Part shown: positions 11,128 through 21,988 of the stretch, piece after piece
Layout: each line of letters opens with the position of its first letter
Numbering within the stretch: position 1 is the stretch's first letter
Source of the DNA: Lysobacterales bacterium
GTDB lineage: Bacteria > Pseudomonadota > Gammaproteobacteria > Xanthomonadales > SZUA-5
Direction of reading: 5' to 3'
Assembly: GCA_022844165.1 (NCBI GenBank)
Contig: JALHMH010000002.1
Location: 218,910 to 282,909 of the forward strand
DNA length: 64,000 nucleotides
The notes under the pieces: model-generated
Told to the model about the DNA's origin: nothing
Databases searched by the model: none
What the model saw: the letters and a program-made list of their open reading frames with translations, nothing else
Program-made: the position numbers and the translations under genes

Positions 11128-12120
11128 ATGCGTTCCTTTGCCCTTGTCATTGTGTTGCTGCTGCTATCTGGCCCTGGCGCCGGCTCGGCGATGCAGTTGC
11201 TGAACGCTTCGTACGATCCGACACGAGAGCTCTACAAGGCGATCAACGCCAGATTCGAAGCGGCGAACCAGGGAGTGTCCGACGAACGCCTGTCGATCCG
11301 TATGTCGCACGGCGGGTCCGGCAAGCAGGCGCGCAGTGTCATCGACGGGTTGCGCGCCGACGTGGTCACGCTGGCTCTGGCGGCCGACATCGACAAAATC
11401 GCGCGCAGTGCCGGGCTGTTGCCGGAAGATTGGCAACATCGCCTGCCCCACAACAGCACGCCTTTCACATCGACGATCGTCTTTCTGGTCCGCACCGGCA
11501 ATCCCAAACAGATCAACGATTGGCCGGATCTGATCAAACCTGGCGTCGCGGTGATCACACCCAATCCCAAAACCTCCGGTGGTGCCCGATGGAACTATCT
11601 GGCGGCGTGGGCTTTCGGCGCGTCTGGGGCCGGAGGTGAGGCGAACGCCAGAGATTTCGTGACACGGCTCTATCGACAGGTCCCGGTGCTGGATGCTGGC
11701 GCACGCGGCTCAACGACTACATTTGTGCAGCGTGGGTTGGGCGATGTGCTGTTGACCTGGGAAAATGAAGCATTTCTGGCAACGCGAGAATTTGGCGCAG
11801 GCAAATTCGAGCTGGTCTATCCATCGGTTTCGATCCTGGCCGAACCGCCTGTTGCGCTTATCGACCGAAACGTCGACCGAAAGGGCAGCCGCGCCCTTGC
11901 CGAAGCCTACCTTCAGTTTCTCTTTACGGCGCCCGCGCAGCGCCTCGGCGCCGAGCACTATTTCAGACCTCAAGACCCACAAATCGCGATGGAGTACGTC
12001 GACCGATTTCCCGCGCTGGAGATGCGTTCTATCGACGATTTTGGTGGTTGGACAGCTGCGCAAAAAATGCATTTCGACGAGGGCGGCGTGTTCGACCAAA
12101 TCTACGCCAGGGCGCGATGA
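11128..12120 (+). CDS. sbp: Sulfate ABC transporter substrate-binding protein
   Basis: [43 protein letters not shown]. Confidence 0.95.
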   Translation: MRSFALVIVLLLLSGPGAGSAMQLLNASYDPTRELYKAINARFEAANQGVSDERLSIRMSHGGSGKQARSVIDGLRADVVTLALAADIDKIARSAGLLPEDWQHRLPHNSTPFTSTIVFLVRTGNPKQINDWPDLIKPGVAVITPNPKTSGGARWNYLAAWAFGASGAGGEANARDFVTRLYRQVPVLDAGARGSTTTFVQRGLGDVLLTWENEAFLATREFGAGKFELVYPSVSILAEPPVALIDRNVDRKGSRALAEAYLQFLFTAPAQRLGAEHYFRPQDPQIAMEYVDRFPALEMRSIDDFGGWTAAQKMHFDEGGVFDQIYARAR

Positions 12121-12203
12121 GCGCATTTGCAGACCCCCGCCCGTCGCTCCAGTTGCAACCCGTCGGGCTTCCCACAACCGCCGTTGCACTGCATGCTCGG
12201 ACC

Positions 12204-13049
12204 ATGAGCGTCCGTGCCCGCCCGCATACGGTGTTGCCCGGCTTTGGCCTAAGCCTCGGCTACGCGGTGTTTTATTTCAGTTTGATCGTTTTGTTGCCGA
12301 TCGTGGCGGTCTACGCGCGCAGTTTTTCTGAGGGCATCGAGAGCTTCGCGGCGGCGGCGTTCTCCGAGCGTGCGATCAACGCGTATCGATTGTCGTTCGG
12401 CGCCGCGCTCCTGGCTGCGGCGATTAACGCCCTGTTCGGATTTTTGGTCGCGTGGGTGTTGGTGCGCTATCGCTTTCCGGGCAGGCGGCTGCTCGATGCC
12501 TTCGTCGACCTGCCATTCGCATTGCCTACCGCTGTTGCGGGCATCGCCCTGACCACGATTTACGCCCCCAATGGCTGGCTCGGCCAACATGCCGCGCTGC
12601 TCGATTGGCAACTGGCTTACAACCCCATCGGTATTGTCATTGCCCTGGTGTTTATTGGGTTGCCGTTCGTCGTTCGAACGCTGCAACCGGTGATTGCCGA
12701 ACTAGGGCACGCGCCTGAAGAAGCTGCCGCCACCTTGGGTGCAGGCCGTTGGCGGACCTTTACTCGAGTTATCTTCCCGGCTTTGTTGCCAGCATGGCTG
12801 ACTGGCTTCGCGCTGGCATTCGCGCGCGCTGTCGGCGAATACGGCTCGGTGATCTTTATCGCCGGCAACCTGCCGTTCGTGTCGGAAATCGCGCCGCTGC
12901 TGATTGTCATTCAGCTCGAACAGTACAACTACGTCGGCGCCTCTGCGATCGCGGTGGTGATGTTGACCGCGAGTTTCTTGTTGCTGTTGGTCGTTAATCT
13001 CTTGCAAGCCTGGGCTACGCGCCGATCGGGAGTCGATCGTGCACGCTAG
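12204..13049 (+). CDS. cysT: Sulfate ABC permease CysT (alternative start 12117)
   Basis: [45 protein letters not shown]. Confidence 0.93.
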   Translation: MSVRARPHTVLPGFGLSLGYAVFYFSLIVLLPIVAVYARSFSEGIESFAAAAFSERAINAYRLSFGAALLAAAINALFGFLVAWVLVRYRFPGRRLLDAFVDLPFALPTAVAGIALTTIYAPNGWLGQHAALLDWQLAYNPIGIVIALVFIGLPFVVRTLQPVIAELGHAPEEAAATLGAGRWRTFTRVIFPALLPAWLTGFALAFARAVGEYGSVIFIAGNLPFVSEIAPLLIVIQLEQYNYVGASAIAVVMLTASFLLLLVVNLLQAWATRRSGVDRAR

Positions 13050-13884
13050 CGTTGGCAACCGCGAGCCGTTGTGGGTGCGGCTCACGCTGATTTCGCTGGC
13101 GGTGGTGTTCTTGATCGTCGTGCTGCTTCTGCCGCTTGCCGCAGTGTTCGCCGAGGCATTCCGCCAGGGTTGGCATGCTTACGCCGAAGCGCTGCGAGAA
13201 CCAGACGCGTGGTCGGCGTTGCAGTTGACGCTATTGGTTGCCGTCATCGCAGTGCCGCTCAATCTCGTATTCGGCGTGGCAGCGGCCTGGGCAGTGGCGC
13301 GCTTTCAGTTTCGCGGCAAGAGTCTGCTCGTGACTTTGATCGATCTGCCGTTTTCGGTCTCGCCGGTCATCTCCGGGCTGATCTACGTTCTGGTCTATGG
13401 GTTGCACGGGTGGTTCGGGCCCTGGCTCGATGCGCATGATCTGCAGATCATCTTCGCCGTGCCGGGCATTGTGCTTGCCACGGTGTTCGTCACGTTTCCG
13501 TTTGTCGCGCGCGAGCTGATTCCGCTATTGCAGGAACAGGGCAGCCTGGAAGAAGAGGCGGCACTCAGCCTGGGTGCGAGCGGATGGACGATGTTCTGGC
13601 GAGTCACGATACCGAATATTCGTTGGGGCCTTCTGTATGGCGTTCTTTTGTGCAACGCCAGGGCCATGGGCGAGTTCGGAGCGGTCAGTGTGGTATCCGG
13701 TCATATCCGCGGCGAGACCAACACCCTGCCGCTCCACGTGGAAATTCTCTACAACGAATACAATTTCGTCGCCGCTTTCGCCGTCGCTTCGTTGCTTGCC
13801 TTGCTGGCCCTGATCACGTTGGCCATCAAGTCGTTCCTGGAGTGGCGCCATGCCGGCGAGCTCGCGGCCGCTCGGCGGCATTAG
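13039..13884 (+). CDS. cysW: Sulfate ABC permease CysW
   Basis: [34 protein letters not shown]. Confidence 0.94.
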   Translation: MHASVGNREPLWVRLTLISLAVVFLIVVLLLPLAAVFAEAFRQGWHAYAEALREPDAWSALQLTLLVAVIAVPLNLVFGVAAAWAVARFQFRGKSLLVTLIDLPFSVSPVISGLIYVLVYGLHGWFGPWLDAHDLQIIFAVPGIVLATVFVTFPFVARELIPLLQEQGSLEEEAALSLGASGWTMFWRVTIPNIRWGLLYGVLLCNARAMGEFGAVSVVSGHIRGETNTLPLHVEILYNEYNFVAAFAVASLLALLALITLAIKSFLEWRHAGELAAARRH

Positions 13885-13959
13885 CCGGTCTGGCGACGTC
13901 AGCATCATCGCCCACGGCAGACCACCCACCATCCATTACCGTCAGTCAGCCTGTCTCGA

Positions 13960-14985
13960 ATGAACCTAACCCTCAACCACCTCAGCAAGAACTTCGGCAA
14001 CATCAAGGCCGTCGATGATGTGTCGCTGTCGGTACCGAGTGGCGAGCTGGTCGCGCTGCTGGGTCCCAGCGGTTCGGGCAAGACGACGCTGCTGCGCATC
14101 GTCGGTGGACTGGAGGCGGCTGACACTGGCCAGGTGCTGTATGCGGGCGAGGATACGACGCATTGGCCGATCCAGAAGCGGCGCGCCGGTTTCGTGTTTC
14201 AGAACTACGCATTGTTTCGCAATATGACGGTGTTCGAGAACATCGCCTTCGGAATGCGTGCACTGCCGCGCAAACAGCGACTGAAAGCTGTCGAATTGAA
14301 GCGCCGCGTCGCGGAACTGCTGTATCTGATTCGCCTGCCGGATCTGGCGGAGCGTTTTCCAGCACAACTATCGGGTGGGCAACAACAGCGCGTTGCTTTG
14401 GCGCGCGCGCTTGCGATCGAACCACGTTTGCTGCTGCTCGACGAACCTTTCGGCGCGCTGGACGCGCAGGTGCGCAAAGAACTGCGCCGTTGGGTGCGCC
14501 AGGTGCACGATCAAACCGGGTTAACTTCCTTATTTGTCACGCACGATCAAGATGAGGCGCTGGAACTCGCGGATCGTGTGGTGGTGATGCGCGACGGGCA
14601 CATTGAGCAGATCGGCACACCCGACGAGATCTTCGAATCGCCGGCAACGCGTTTCGTGCACGAGTTCGTCGGCGAGAGTTGTGCGTTACCGGTCGACGTG
14701 CGTGCTGGCCGCGTCAGCTATGCAGGGCAACAGCTCGACATCGAAGCGCCACTGGCCGATGGTCCGGCACATTTGCTGTTGCGCCCACAGTACCTCGCAC
14801 CAGCGGAAACGGGCATCGTCGTGCGCATTGATGCCGCACGCCGAGTCGGCCCGCGGCGACGCCTGGAGGCGGTGACCGGCGCCGGCGATCGGCTGGAATT
14901 CGAGGTCGATAGCGATATTGACGCGGGTCGTGGCCAGACACTGCATGTGCGGCCTACGAAGTGGCGGCTGTATTCGATCCATTGA
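13960..14985 (+). CDS. cysA: Sulfate ABC ATP-binding protein CysA
   Basis: Walker A GPSGSGKT, LSGGQQQR, LLLDEPFGALDAQVRKELRRW; operon context. Confidence 0.93.
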   Translation: MNLTLNHLSKNFGNIKAVDDVSLSVPSGELVALLGPSGSGKTTLLRIVGGLEAADTGQVLYAGEDTTHWPIQKRRAGFVFQNYALFRNMTVFENIAFGMRALPRKQRLKAVELKRRVAELLYLIRLPDLAERFPAQLSGGQQQRVALARALAIEPRLLLLDEPFGALDAQVRKELRRWVRQVHDQTGLTSLFVTHDQDEALELADRVVVMRDGHIEQIGTPDEIFESPATRFVHEFVGESCALPVDVRAGRVSYAGQQLDIEAPLADGPAHLLLRPQYLAPAETGIVVRIDAARRVGPRRRLEAVTGAGDRLEFEVDSDIDAGRGQTLHVRPTKWRLYSIH

Positions 14986-15090
14986 GCTGTGCGGTCTGCG
15001 GTAGTCTGGTGTGTCGCAAGTACCCTGAACTCAGTCCCGATGCCTTTGGCCCTGGACCAGTCGAGGAGTCATAGTAGCGCTATGGCGCCG

Positions 15091-16053
15091 TCAAGGACTC
15101 TGGTCGGGGACCCGTCGTGCCGCCCTGACAGGTGTCGTCTCTGTCGCCTGAAATTGCTTGCCCAGATCCGCAGCAGCGGTCGCCGGGTCGCCGTGTGTCG
15201 GGTCGAGCCAGGTCACTGTGGTGTCGCCGCGCAGCCACGTCAGTTGTCGCTTCGCCAACTGGCGCGTCGCATACAGCGCACGTTGGAAGCACTGGTCTGC
15301 ATCGAACTCTCCCTCCAGATGTAACCACACCTGGCGATAGCCAACGCTGCGCATCGACGGCAGATCGGCATGCATACCGGGTTGTTGCATCAGCACCCGA
15401 ACTTCGTCGACGAAGCCGCTGGCGAACATCGTGCGCAGCCGCGTCTCGATACGCTGGTGCAGGAGGCCCCGATCGGCGGGCGCCACGGCGATGATTCGCA
15501 GCGACAAACCGGCATCGGCCGAGCCCAACTGCGCACTCAACGGTCTGCCGGTGCTGCGAAAGACTTCGAGTGCGCGCAGTGTGCGTTGCTTGTCGTTGGG
15601 ATGTATGCGGGCAGCGCTAACCGGGTCGACGCTCGCCAATTCTGCATGCAGCGCTGCCAGGCCAGCGTCCTGCAGCTGAATTTGCAAGGCCGCGCGCACC
15701 TGCGCATCGGCGCCGGGCAAAGTGGACAAGCCATCGCGCAGTGCGCGCAGGTACAACATGGTGCCGCCGACCAGAATCGGTATCTTGCCGCGCGCCTGAA
15801 TGTCGGCGATCGCTGACCGGGCGTTGGTGGCGAAGTCGGCGGCCGAATAGGGCTGTGTCGGTTCACGGATATCGATCAGCCAGTGCCGTACGCGGCTTCG
15901 TTCTTCGGGTGATGGTTTCGCACTGCCAATGTCGAGACCGCGATACACCTGGGCCGAATCAACGCTGACGATTTCTCCGTTCAAACGCTCTGCGAGGGAC
16001 AGACCTAGCGCGCTTTTGCCCGCAGCGGTGGGGCCAGCGATGGCGAGGATCAT
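15091..16053 (-). CDS. miaA: tRNA dimethylallyltransferase
   Basis: GPTAAGKS, SVDSAQVYRGLDIGSAKP, VGGTMLY, TRQLAKRQLTW. Confidence 0.96.
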   Translation of the reverse strand: MILAIAGPTAAGKSALGLSLAERLNGEIVSVDSAQVYRGLDIGSAKPSPEERSRVRHWLIDIREPTQPYSAADFATNARSAIADIQARGKIPILVGGTMLYLRALRDGLSTLPGADAQVRAALQIQLQDAGLAALHAELASVDPVSAARIHPNDKQRTLRALEVFRSTGRPLSAQLGSADAGLSLRIIAVAPADRGLLHQRIETRLRTMFASGFVDEVRVLMQQPGMHADLPSMRSVGYRQVWLHLEGEFDADQCFQRALYATRQLAKRQLTWLRGDTTVTWLDPTHGDPATAAADLGKQFQATETTPVRAARRVPDQSP

Positions 16054-17312
16054 GCCCCTCTCCGGGCGCGCTGCATGGCAAGAAAACTGAATGCGCCGAT
16101 CACATTCAAGATGAGCGGCAGCAACAATGCAAAGTACCCGCTACCACTGTGCGCGACTTCGAGCCCGCGATACAACAGCACACCCACAACGGGTGCGAGC
16201 AGGCCGCGGATGCCGGTCAGTGTGGTGTGCACGCCCATATACAGCGCGGCTTGTTCGGGACGCGAAAAGTCGTTGTGTCCGAGGTTCCAACCGAGTTGGC
16301 CGCCGGCGTAGCCAGCACCCAGCAGCAATGCACCCATCGCCATCAGCCAGACGCTGGACAGCATCGCGCCGAGAAAAAATACGGCACTGGTGGCGACGAA
16401 ACTCCAGGCATGTACGACGCGAAACTCCACAATGTGCACACGGTCGAAAAATCGGGCCCAGGCACCAACAGCGAAGGGCAACATCAGCAGTGGCACAGTT
16501 GACACCAGCGCAACCTGCCACAAGGCCGGCAAAACCAATCGTTCGGCGGCTACTAGCAGCACCAGCGCCGGCAGCATTAAATTGCCACTGCCGAACACGA
16601 ACATACTGCGCATGTACGCCCGGTAAGTTGGATCGGAGGCAAGGACGCGACGAAACGCGGCGATGCCTGGCTTAAGTTCGCCTTCCGAGCGCAGCGCCGC
16701 CTCTCGCTGACGCAATAATCCGTGGCCGCGCAGTCGGATGATGCGGTACCGCCATGCGCCGAAAATGCCGATCACGCCAGCGACAGAGAATAACCACGGC
16801 AGAGCATCCGGCGCGCGCTCGAGCATCCAGCCGACCGCGAAGGCCATGGTGGCCATGACAATGGCGTTGAGCGCGGCAAGTTTCGACGCCAGACGCGCCC
16901 GTGCCGTACTCGGAAAATTATTGCGCCAAACCACCGCGCGTAAGGTGACGACGCCCACCCAGGCAACCCGCGCCAGAATGGTCAGCAGCACAACGAACGC
17001 CAATCCGAGCGGCGTGCCGGGCGTGAAGGCCAGGAGCAACACTGAGAGCATTGCGACCATCTGCCAGATGACCGTCAACTGGATCTTGTCGCGGCCCAGC
17101 TGGTGTGCCGCAAACAAGAAGCTGGCAAGGTTTGCATAAGCACTTGCGCCCATCACCAGGGCGATTGCGATATCCAGTGCAATTGCGGGTGCCGCAACGG
17201 CGTACCTTGCTTTGATTAACGCAGCGATTGCCGCCCCTTCGACGACCCCCATGCCAACGCTCAGAAGCGCCCAGTTCAGGATCTCTTGGGGGTACTGGCG
17301 GCGCGGCGGCAC
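16050..17312 (-). CDS. MFS-like multi-pass transporter; probable ancestral start at 17390 interrupted by a repeat
   Basis: About 12 hydrophobic segments; stop overlaps miaA start; an in-frame ATG overlaps the upstream gene's stop. Confidence 0.8.
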   Translation of the reverse strand: MPPRRQYPQEILNWALLSVGMGVVEGAAIAALIKARYAVAAPAIALDIAIALVMGASAYANLASFLFAAHQLGRDKIQLTVIWQMVAMLSVLLLAFTPGTPLGLAFVVLLTILARVAWVGVVTLRAVVWRNNFPSTARARLASKLAALNAIVMATMAFAVGWMLERAPDALPWLFSVAGVIGIFGAWRYRIIRLRGHGLLRQREAALRSEGELKPGIAAFRRVLASDPTYRAYMRSMFVFGSGNLMLPALVLLVAAERLVLPALWQVALVSTVPLLMLPFAVGAWARFFDRVHIVEFRVVHAWSFVATSAVFFLGAMLSSVWLMAMGALLLGAGYAGGQLGWNLGHNDFSRPEQAALYMGVHTTLTGIRGLLAPVVGVLLYRGLEVAHSGSGYFALLLPLILNVIGAFSFLAMQRARRGA

Positions 17313-17337
17313 GTTGGCTTTCAGAAATAGATCCTGG

Positions 17338-17380
17338 CGAGGCTTCGTCTCAGTGTACAGATCCGGCTCCGGTCAAGGAC
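17338..17380 (-). repeat. Minimal 43-bp copy of the dispersed element retaining both ends
   Basis: CGAGGCTTCGTCTCAG + AGATCCGGCTCCGGTCAAGGAC match the two ends of the 35157-35319 unit. Confidence 0.85.
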
Positions 17381-17386
17381 TCCAGC

Positions 17387-19672
17387 TCATCCCGCGCCGC
17401 CAACGCTGCGTAACGTCGCATGCCGCACGCCTTTGCCTTCGAGCAGAGGCAGGCAGTTTTCAGCCGTGATCGCGCGCGAAAACCAAAAACCTTGGATCTC
17501 ATCGATCCCCAGATTATTCAAAAACCGCGCTTGCGGCTCGGTCTCAACGCCCTCCGCCACCACGCACAGACCGAGCGTCCGCGCCATTCCGAAAATCGTC
17601 TCGATGATCACGCCCGAATCGCTATCGCCGGGCAGATCGGCTACGAAGGCCTTGTCAACCTTGAGAATGTCGATGGGCAGGCGTCGCAAGTGCGAGAGCG
17701 AAGAATAACCGGTACCAAAATCATCGATCGCAATGCGCAGTCCAAGACGATGCAATTCGTCGAGCTGCGCGATGGCCGAGTCGGGGTCGTCCATCAACTC
17801 ACTCTCGGTAATTTCGATCTCGAGTGCATCGCCGCGTACGCCCATTTCGTTGAGCAAGATGGCGATGAATTGCTGCAAAGTTCCATCCCGGATCTGGCGT
17901 TGGGAGACGTTAACGGATACCGAGACGTCCCGGTGTCCTCGCGCACGCCATTCGCGAACTTGCGCCAAAGCCTCGCTCAATACCCAGCGACCCACCGGAA
18001 CCACGAGGCCGGTCTCTTCGAGAATGCCGATAAACTCATCGGGACTGACCAGGCCACGCTCCGGGTGGCGCCAGCGCAGCAGTGCTTCGAATCCGGTGAT
18101 GCGTTGTTTGGCGAGCGAAAAGCGAGGTTGATAAAGTAACAAAAACTCGTTCCGTTCAACCGCCAGGCGAACGCGACGTTCCAACTCCAGGCGATCGCGA
18201 ATGGCCTGATTGCGGGCGGGGGAGTAGATGCGGAACGTGTTTCGCCCTTCGCCCTTTGCCTCGTACATCGCCGAATCGGCGGCATTCACCAGATGCCGCG
18301 CGTCCCAGCCGTGCTCCGGCCAAAGGCTGATGCCAATGCTTGGTGTGATCGCGATTTGCCGCCCACGCAGTGGAAACGGCTCGCCGAACGCAGAGATCAG
18401 GAATTGCGCGTACCAGATCAAAGTCTCCAGATCTCGCGCTGCGATCGGAGCGATGGCGAATTCATCGCTACCCAGGCGTGCCAGCAGGTCGCCAGAGGAC
18501 AAACACGCTTCGAGACGCAAGGCGACTGCCTGCAAAAGCTCGTCGCCGGCGTCGTGACCAAGGGTCTCGTTCACGTGCTTGAGCCGATCGAGGTCGATTT
18601 CGAGCACGCCCAGGACACCATCGCTGGGAGTGCTTTTCTCCAGCAGCTGGTCCAACTGCTGCATAAAGTGATTGCGCGAAGACACGCCGGTGAGGCCGTC
18701 GTGGCTGGCCAAACGTTGGAGCCGACGTTCATCGTGTCGGCGTTCGGTGATGTCGGCGAGCACCGAAACGTACAAGCGCTCACCGTTCTGATCGAGTTCC
18801 ACACGATTGGTGCGCAGGGCCAATAAGCGCTCCTCGCCGTTCTTGCGCCGCTGCCAGATCTCGCCCTGCCATTGTCCGGTCTGTTCCAGCGTATTGCGCA
18901 GGCGGCGATAGAAATCCGGGTCGTGCCGATCCGAATTCATCAGCGCGCTGGATTGACCGAGAATTTCGTCGACCTTAAATCCGCTGATCGCTTCGAACGA
19001 CGGATTGATCATGACAAACTCATGGCTGGCGTTGGTCACCGCCACAGCTTCTTGCATCGACTCGATCACTTCCTCGGCGATACGGCTCAATCGCTGCGCG
19101 TTGCGCATGCTGCTGATATCGCGAAACGTGCCGGCAACACGCAGCGCGCGACCGTCAGTGCTGCGTTCCACTGTTGCGCCGCGCACGGCGACGAAGCGCA
19201 TACGCTCGCCCGCATCGAGCATGCGGAATTCGACTTCGAAATAACGGTCTTTGCCCGATAAATGGCGCGCCAGCGCGGTTTCGAACTTTTGTACGTCGTC
19301 GCGGTGGATGCGGTGCTTGAACTCAATACTGGTGAAGGTGCGCTCGACGACCAGTCCCTGGTCCATATCCACCGCAGAGCGATAGATGACATCGCGCGAC
19401 AGGTCGAAATCCCAATAGCCATCGTGACTTGCGCCCAAGGCGAGCTTAAGTCGCTCATCGCGCTCCTTCACCGCTGCCTGGGCTTTCGCCAACTCGCGAA
19501 CGCGGTTGCGGTATCGCAAAATCATCAGCGCCGCGAAAGCAATGATCAGCAGATCGATCGGCCAATGCGGCAAGGATGATTCCGCGGCGTGCGCGACTGT
19601 CGGAATAAGAAGTCCGAAACCTGCGATACGGTGTTTTGAGTGTAATACGAGCATCGCCGTCGACGATATCAC
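17387..19672 (-). CDS. Membrane-anchored PAS-PAS-GGDEF-EAL protein
   Basis: Two PAS/PAC regions, DLDRLKHVNETLGHDAGD, GSDEF, EALLRW, DDFGTGYSSL, AEGVE. Confidence 0.93.
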   Translation of the reverse strand: MISSTAMLVLHSKHRIAGFGLLIPTVAHAAESSLPHWPIDLLIIAFAALMILRYRNRVRELAKAQAAVKERDERLKLALGASHDGYWDFDLSRDVIYRSAVDMDQGLVVERTFTSIEFKHRIHRDDVQKFETALARHLSGKDRYFEVEFRMLDAGERMRFVAVRGATVERSTDGRALRVAGTFRDISSMRNAQRLSRIAEEVIESMQEAVAVTNASHEFVMINPSFEAISGFKVDEILGQSSALMNSDRHDPDFYRRLRNTLEQTGQWQGEIWQRRKNGEERLLALRTNRVELDQNGERLYVSVLADITERRHDERRLQRLASHDGLTGVSSRNHFMQQLDQLLEKSTPSDGVLGVLEIDLDRLKHVNETLGHDAGDELLQAVALRLEACLSSGDLLARLGSDEFAIAPIAARDLETLIWYAQFLISAFGEPFPLRGRQIAITPSIGISLWPEHGWDARHLVNAADSAMYEAKGEGRNTFRIYSPARNQAIRDRLELERRVRLAVERNEFLLLYQPRFSLAKQRITGFEALLRWRHPERGLVSPDEFIGILEETGLVVPVGRWVLSEALAQVREWRARGHRDVSVSVNVSQRQIRDGTLQQFIAILLNEMGVRGDALEIEITESELMDDPDSAIAQLDELHRLGLRIAIDDFGTGYSSLSHLRRLPIDILKVDKAFVADLPGDSDSGVIIETIFGMARTLGLCVVAEGVETEPQARFLNNLGIDEIQGFWFSRAITAENCLPLLEGKGVRHATLRSVGGAG

Positions 19673-19758
19673 GACAACCGCACGCGTTCGCTGATGGCGG
19701 TCCGCCCGATGGAGCGCCCAGGTCCCGATGCAACGCGAAGAAGCAAGATGTTGGGTCG

Positions 19759-20700
19759 TCAGACCGCCCGTGCCATACCCAGCAGACGTTGTGGAAGCAG
19801 GCGGATACGTTGCAGAAGGTTGCCGGCCAACCAGGACGGAATCTGCGCGTCTGTTCGCGGCGCCACGAAGTAACGTCTTGCGGCTGCCGGGTTCTGTTTA
19901 AGCTGCCAATAGCGACCCACTGCGGCATCGACGCTCAGACGACAAGAGCCCATGCGCAGTGGTTTGAGCAACAACCGAAAGACCTGGCCTTCGTTGATCA
20001 GGTCGATTGCGACCTGCGCGTTGGCGCGATCGGTGACGACCACGGTGGCGATATGCGGATGGTATTGCTTGAGCGATTTAATCAGCGCCGTAAAATCGCC
20101 GTGTTGTCCGGCAGTTTCGGAAATGACGACACCGGTCTCGTGCTGCTCCAGAACCGTCAGCGCACGATCGGGTGAAGTCACGAAGCGTACCTGATAATGC
20201 GGTTGCAGGATCTCACGCATGCGTTGCTGCGTATCAGGATCGTCCTCGATGACCAACACACCGACTTGCTTGCGGGCCGTCTCGCGATCGAATTCGTCGA
20301 CGACCTTGTCCTGCAGCACCGGCGCGTCGCGTGCGATTCGTGCTGCCAACTGCACGGTCTCGCGAAGCTCCGTGTTGTCCCACGGTTTGCTGATATAGCG
20401 GAAGACCTCGCCATCGTTGACCGAGCCGAGCACCGCATTCAGATCGGCGTAGCCGGTCAGGAGGATGCGCATTGCTCGCGGATGTGCGATTTTGATTTCG
20501 CGCAGCACCTCGATACCCTGCATCTTGGGCATGCGTTGATCACAGACGACGACATCAACATCCGATTGCGATGCCCACGCGATCGCTTCCGCCGGATCGG
20601 TCGTGGTATGCACGTTCATATCGCGAAACAAGGCCTTCAAAGCCCGCAGGATGCGCGCCTCGTCGTCGATACAAAGTACTCGAATCTGCGATGTCGACAT
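19759..20700 (-). CDS. Response regulator with two tandem receiver domains and no DNA-binding output
   Basis: CIDDE..CDQRMP..LTGY..KPW; second REC VIEDD..ISE..LKP. Confidence 0.88.
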   Translation of the reverse strand: MSTSQIRVLCIDDEARILRALKALFRDMNVHTTTDPAEAIAWASQSDVDVVVCDQRMPKMQGIEVLREIKIAHPRAMRILLTGYADLNAVLGSVNDGEVFRYISKPWDNTELRETVQLAARIARDAPVLQDKVVDEFDRETARKQVGVLVIEDDPDTQQRMREILQPHYQVRFVTSPDRALTVLEQHETGVVISETAGQHGDFTALIKSLKQYHPHIATVVVTDRANAQVAIDLINEGQVFRLLLKPLRMGSCRLSVDAAVGRYWQLKQNPAAARRYFVAPRTDAQIPSWLAGNLLQRIRLLPQRLLGMARAV

Positions 20701-20706
20701 GATTTC

Positions 20707-21699
20707 CTACGCCGGCTGCCGAAGCAACGCGTGGTCTAATGGGAAACTAACCGTAAACGTGCTGCCTTTCTTAGGTGCAGTTCGCACCTTGATGCTGCCG
20801 CCGTGGGTCTGCACGATCTTGTGGACAATCGACAGACCCAACCCGGTGCCTTCGCCAACTGGCTTGGTCGTAAAGAACGGATCGAAAATCCTCGGAAGGA
20901 CATCGTCGGGGATTCCCGCCCCGGTATCTGTGATCTCCACCTCAACCATGTCCCCGGAACGCCGTGATGCCACCAATAAAGTCCCTTCATCACCCATCGC
21001 TTGCGACGCATTGGTAATCAAGTTGAGTAGAACCTGATTGACTTGAGATGCCACGCCGCGAATCTTCGGAATCACGCCGAGATCGCGTTTAACTTCGATC
21101 CGATCGCGCAATTGATGGGCTGCAATCATCAATGCACTTTCGACGCTTTCGTTCAGGTCGAACAAATCCATGCCGTCCCGATCGACACGCGCAAAGCCCT
21201 TTAAATTGCGCACCAGATTGGCGATCTGCGTCAGGCCATCGGCCGAGTCGGTGAGCAGTTCGCTCGCGTCGGACAGGCGCGAATCGCCGGCAAGTGTGTC
21301 CCGGACTTTAGTCAAAGCGCGCCGCAGGGGTTCCACGGTTTGCGGCCTGGTCAAATCCGCCGACAGCATCATGTCGAAGCCCTGCAAGCACTTTTCCACC
21401 AACGTGCGGTACTCGCCAACGAGGTCTCGCACGACTTCGACATTGCTTTTGACAAAGCCGATGGGCGTATTCATTTCATGTGCGACGCCAGCAATCATCT
21501 GGCCCAGTGACGCGAGTTTGGTCGTATGGATGACTTGCGATTGTGTGGCTTGAACCTTCTCTAACTCGGCGCTGATCTCTGCAGCCCGCGCGCGCATCCT
21601 GCCCAACTGCCAATGCGCGTAACCGGCATACGCCGCGAGGACCAGAGCAATCACGATGAGCAGTTCGAACATTCGATCCCCAATGATCCATGCTGACAT
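20707..21699 (-). CDS. NtrB-like histidine kinase with a single N-terminal TM helix
   Basis: AGVAHEMNTP H-box, NLITNA, DTGAGIP, FDPFFTTK, GTGLGL. Confidence 0.92.
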   Translation of the reverse strand: MSAWIIGDRMFELLIVIALVLAAYAGYAHWQLGRMRARAAEISAELEKVQATQSQVIHTTKLASLGQMIAGVAHEMNTPIGFVKSNVEVVRDLVGEYRTLVEKCLQGFDMMLSADLTRPQTVEPLRRALTKVRDTLAGDSRLSDASELLTDSADGLTQIANLVRNLKGFARVDRDGMDLFDLNESVESALMIAAHQLRDRIEVKRDLGVIPKIRGVASQVNQVLLNLITNASQAMGDEGTLLVASRRSGDMVEVEITDTGAGIPDDVLPRIFDPFFTTKPVGEGTGLGLSIVHKIVQTHGGSIKVRTAPKKGSTFTVSFPLDHALLRQPA

Positions 21700-21988
21700 T
21701 CGTCAGCAAGGGCCGCACAGCGTCGCAGAATGACCCAAAAAGCACAACCCGCTATCGACCCACTGGTCTGGCCAAACAGGCGAACGGTCGATTTCATGAC
21801 CCGCACCGCTCATACCACAGGCAAATCGTTAATTCAGCATCGCCATCCTGCGGCACATCGGCGATGCTAAGGTGCGATGGGGCACACACTTGAAGGGAGC
21901 TAACGAATGCAAAAGGTGAATTCGTGCAACAAAGCGCCCATTTCTCGCATCGGCGTGGCGCCGTCGCCGCCATCGGGTGAGTGCACCG

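Noticed and set aside
17373-17375. Selenocysteine readthrough of the in-frame TGA
   Set aside because: The TGA belongs to the repeat terminus present in all copies, is not at a catalytic Cys position, and no SECIS could be supported.
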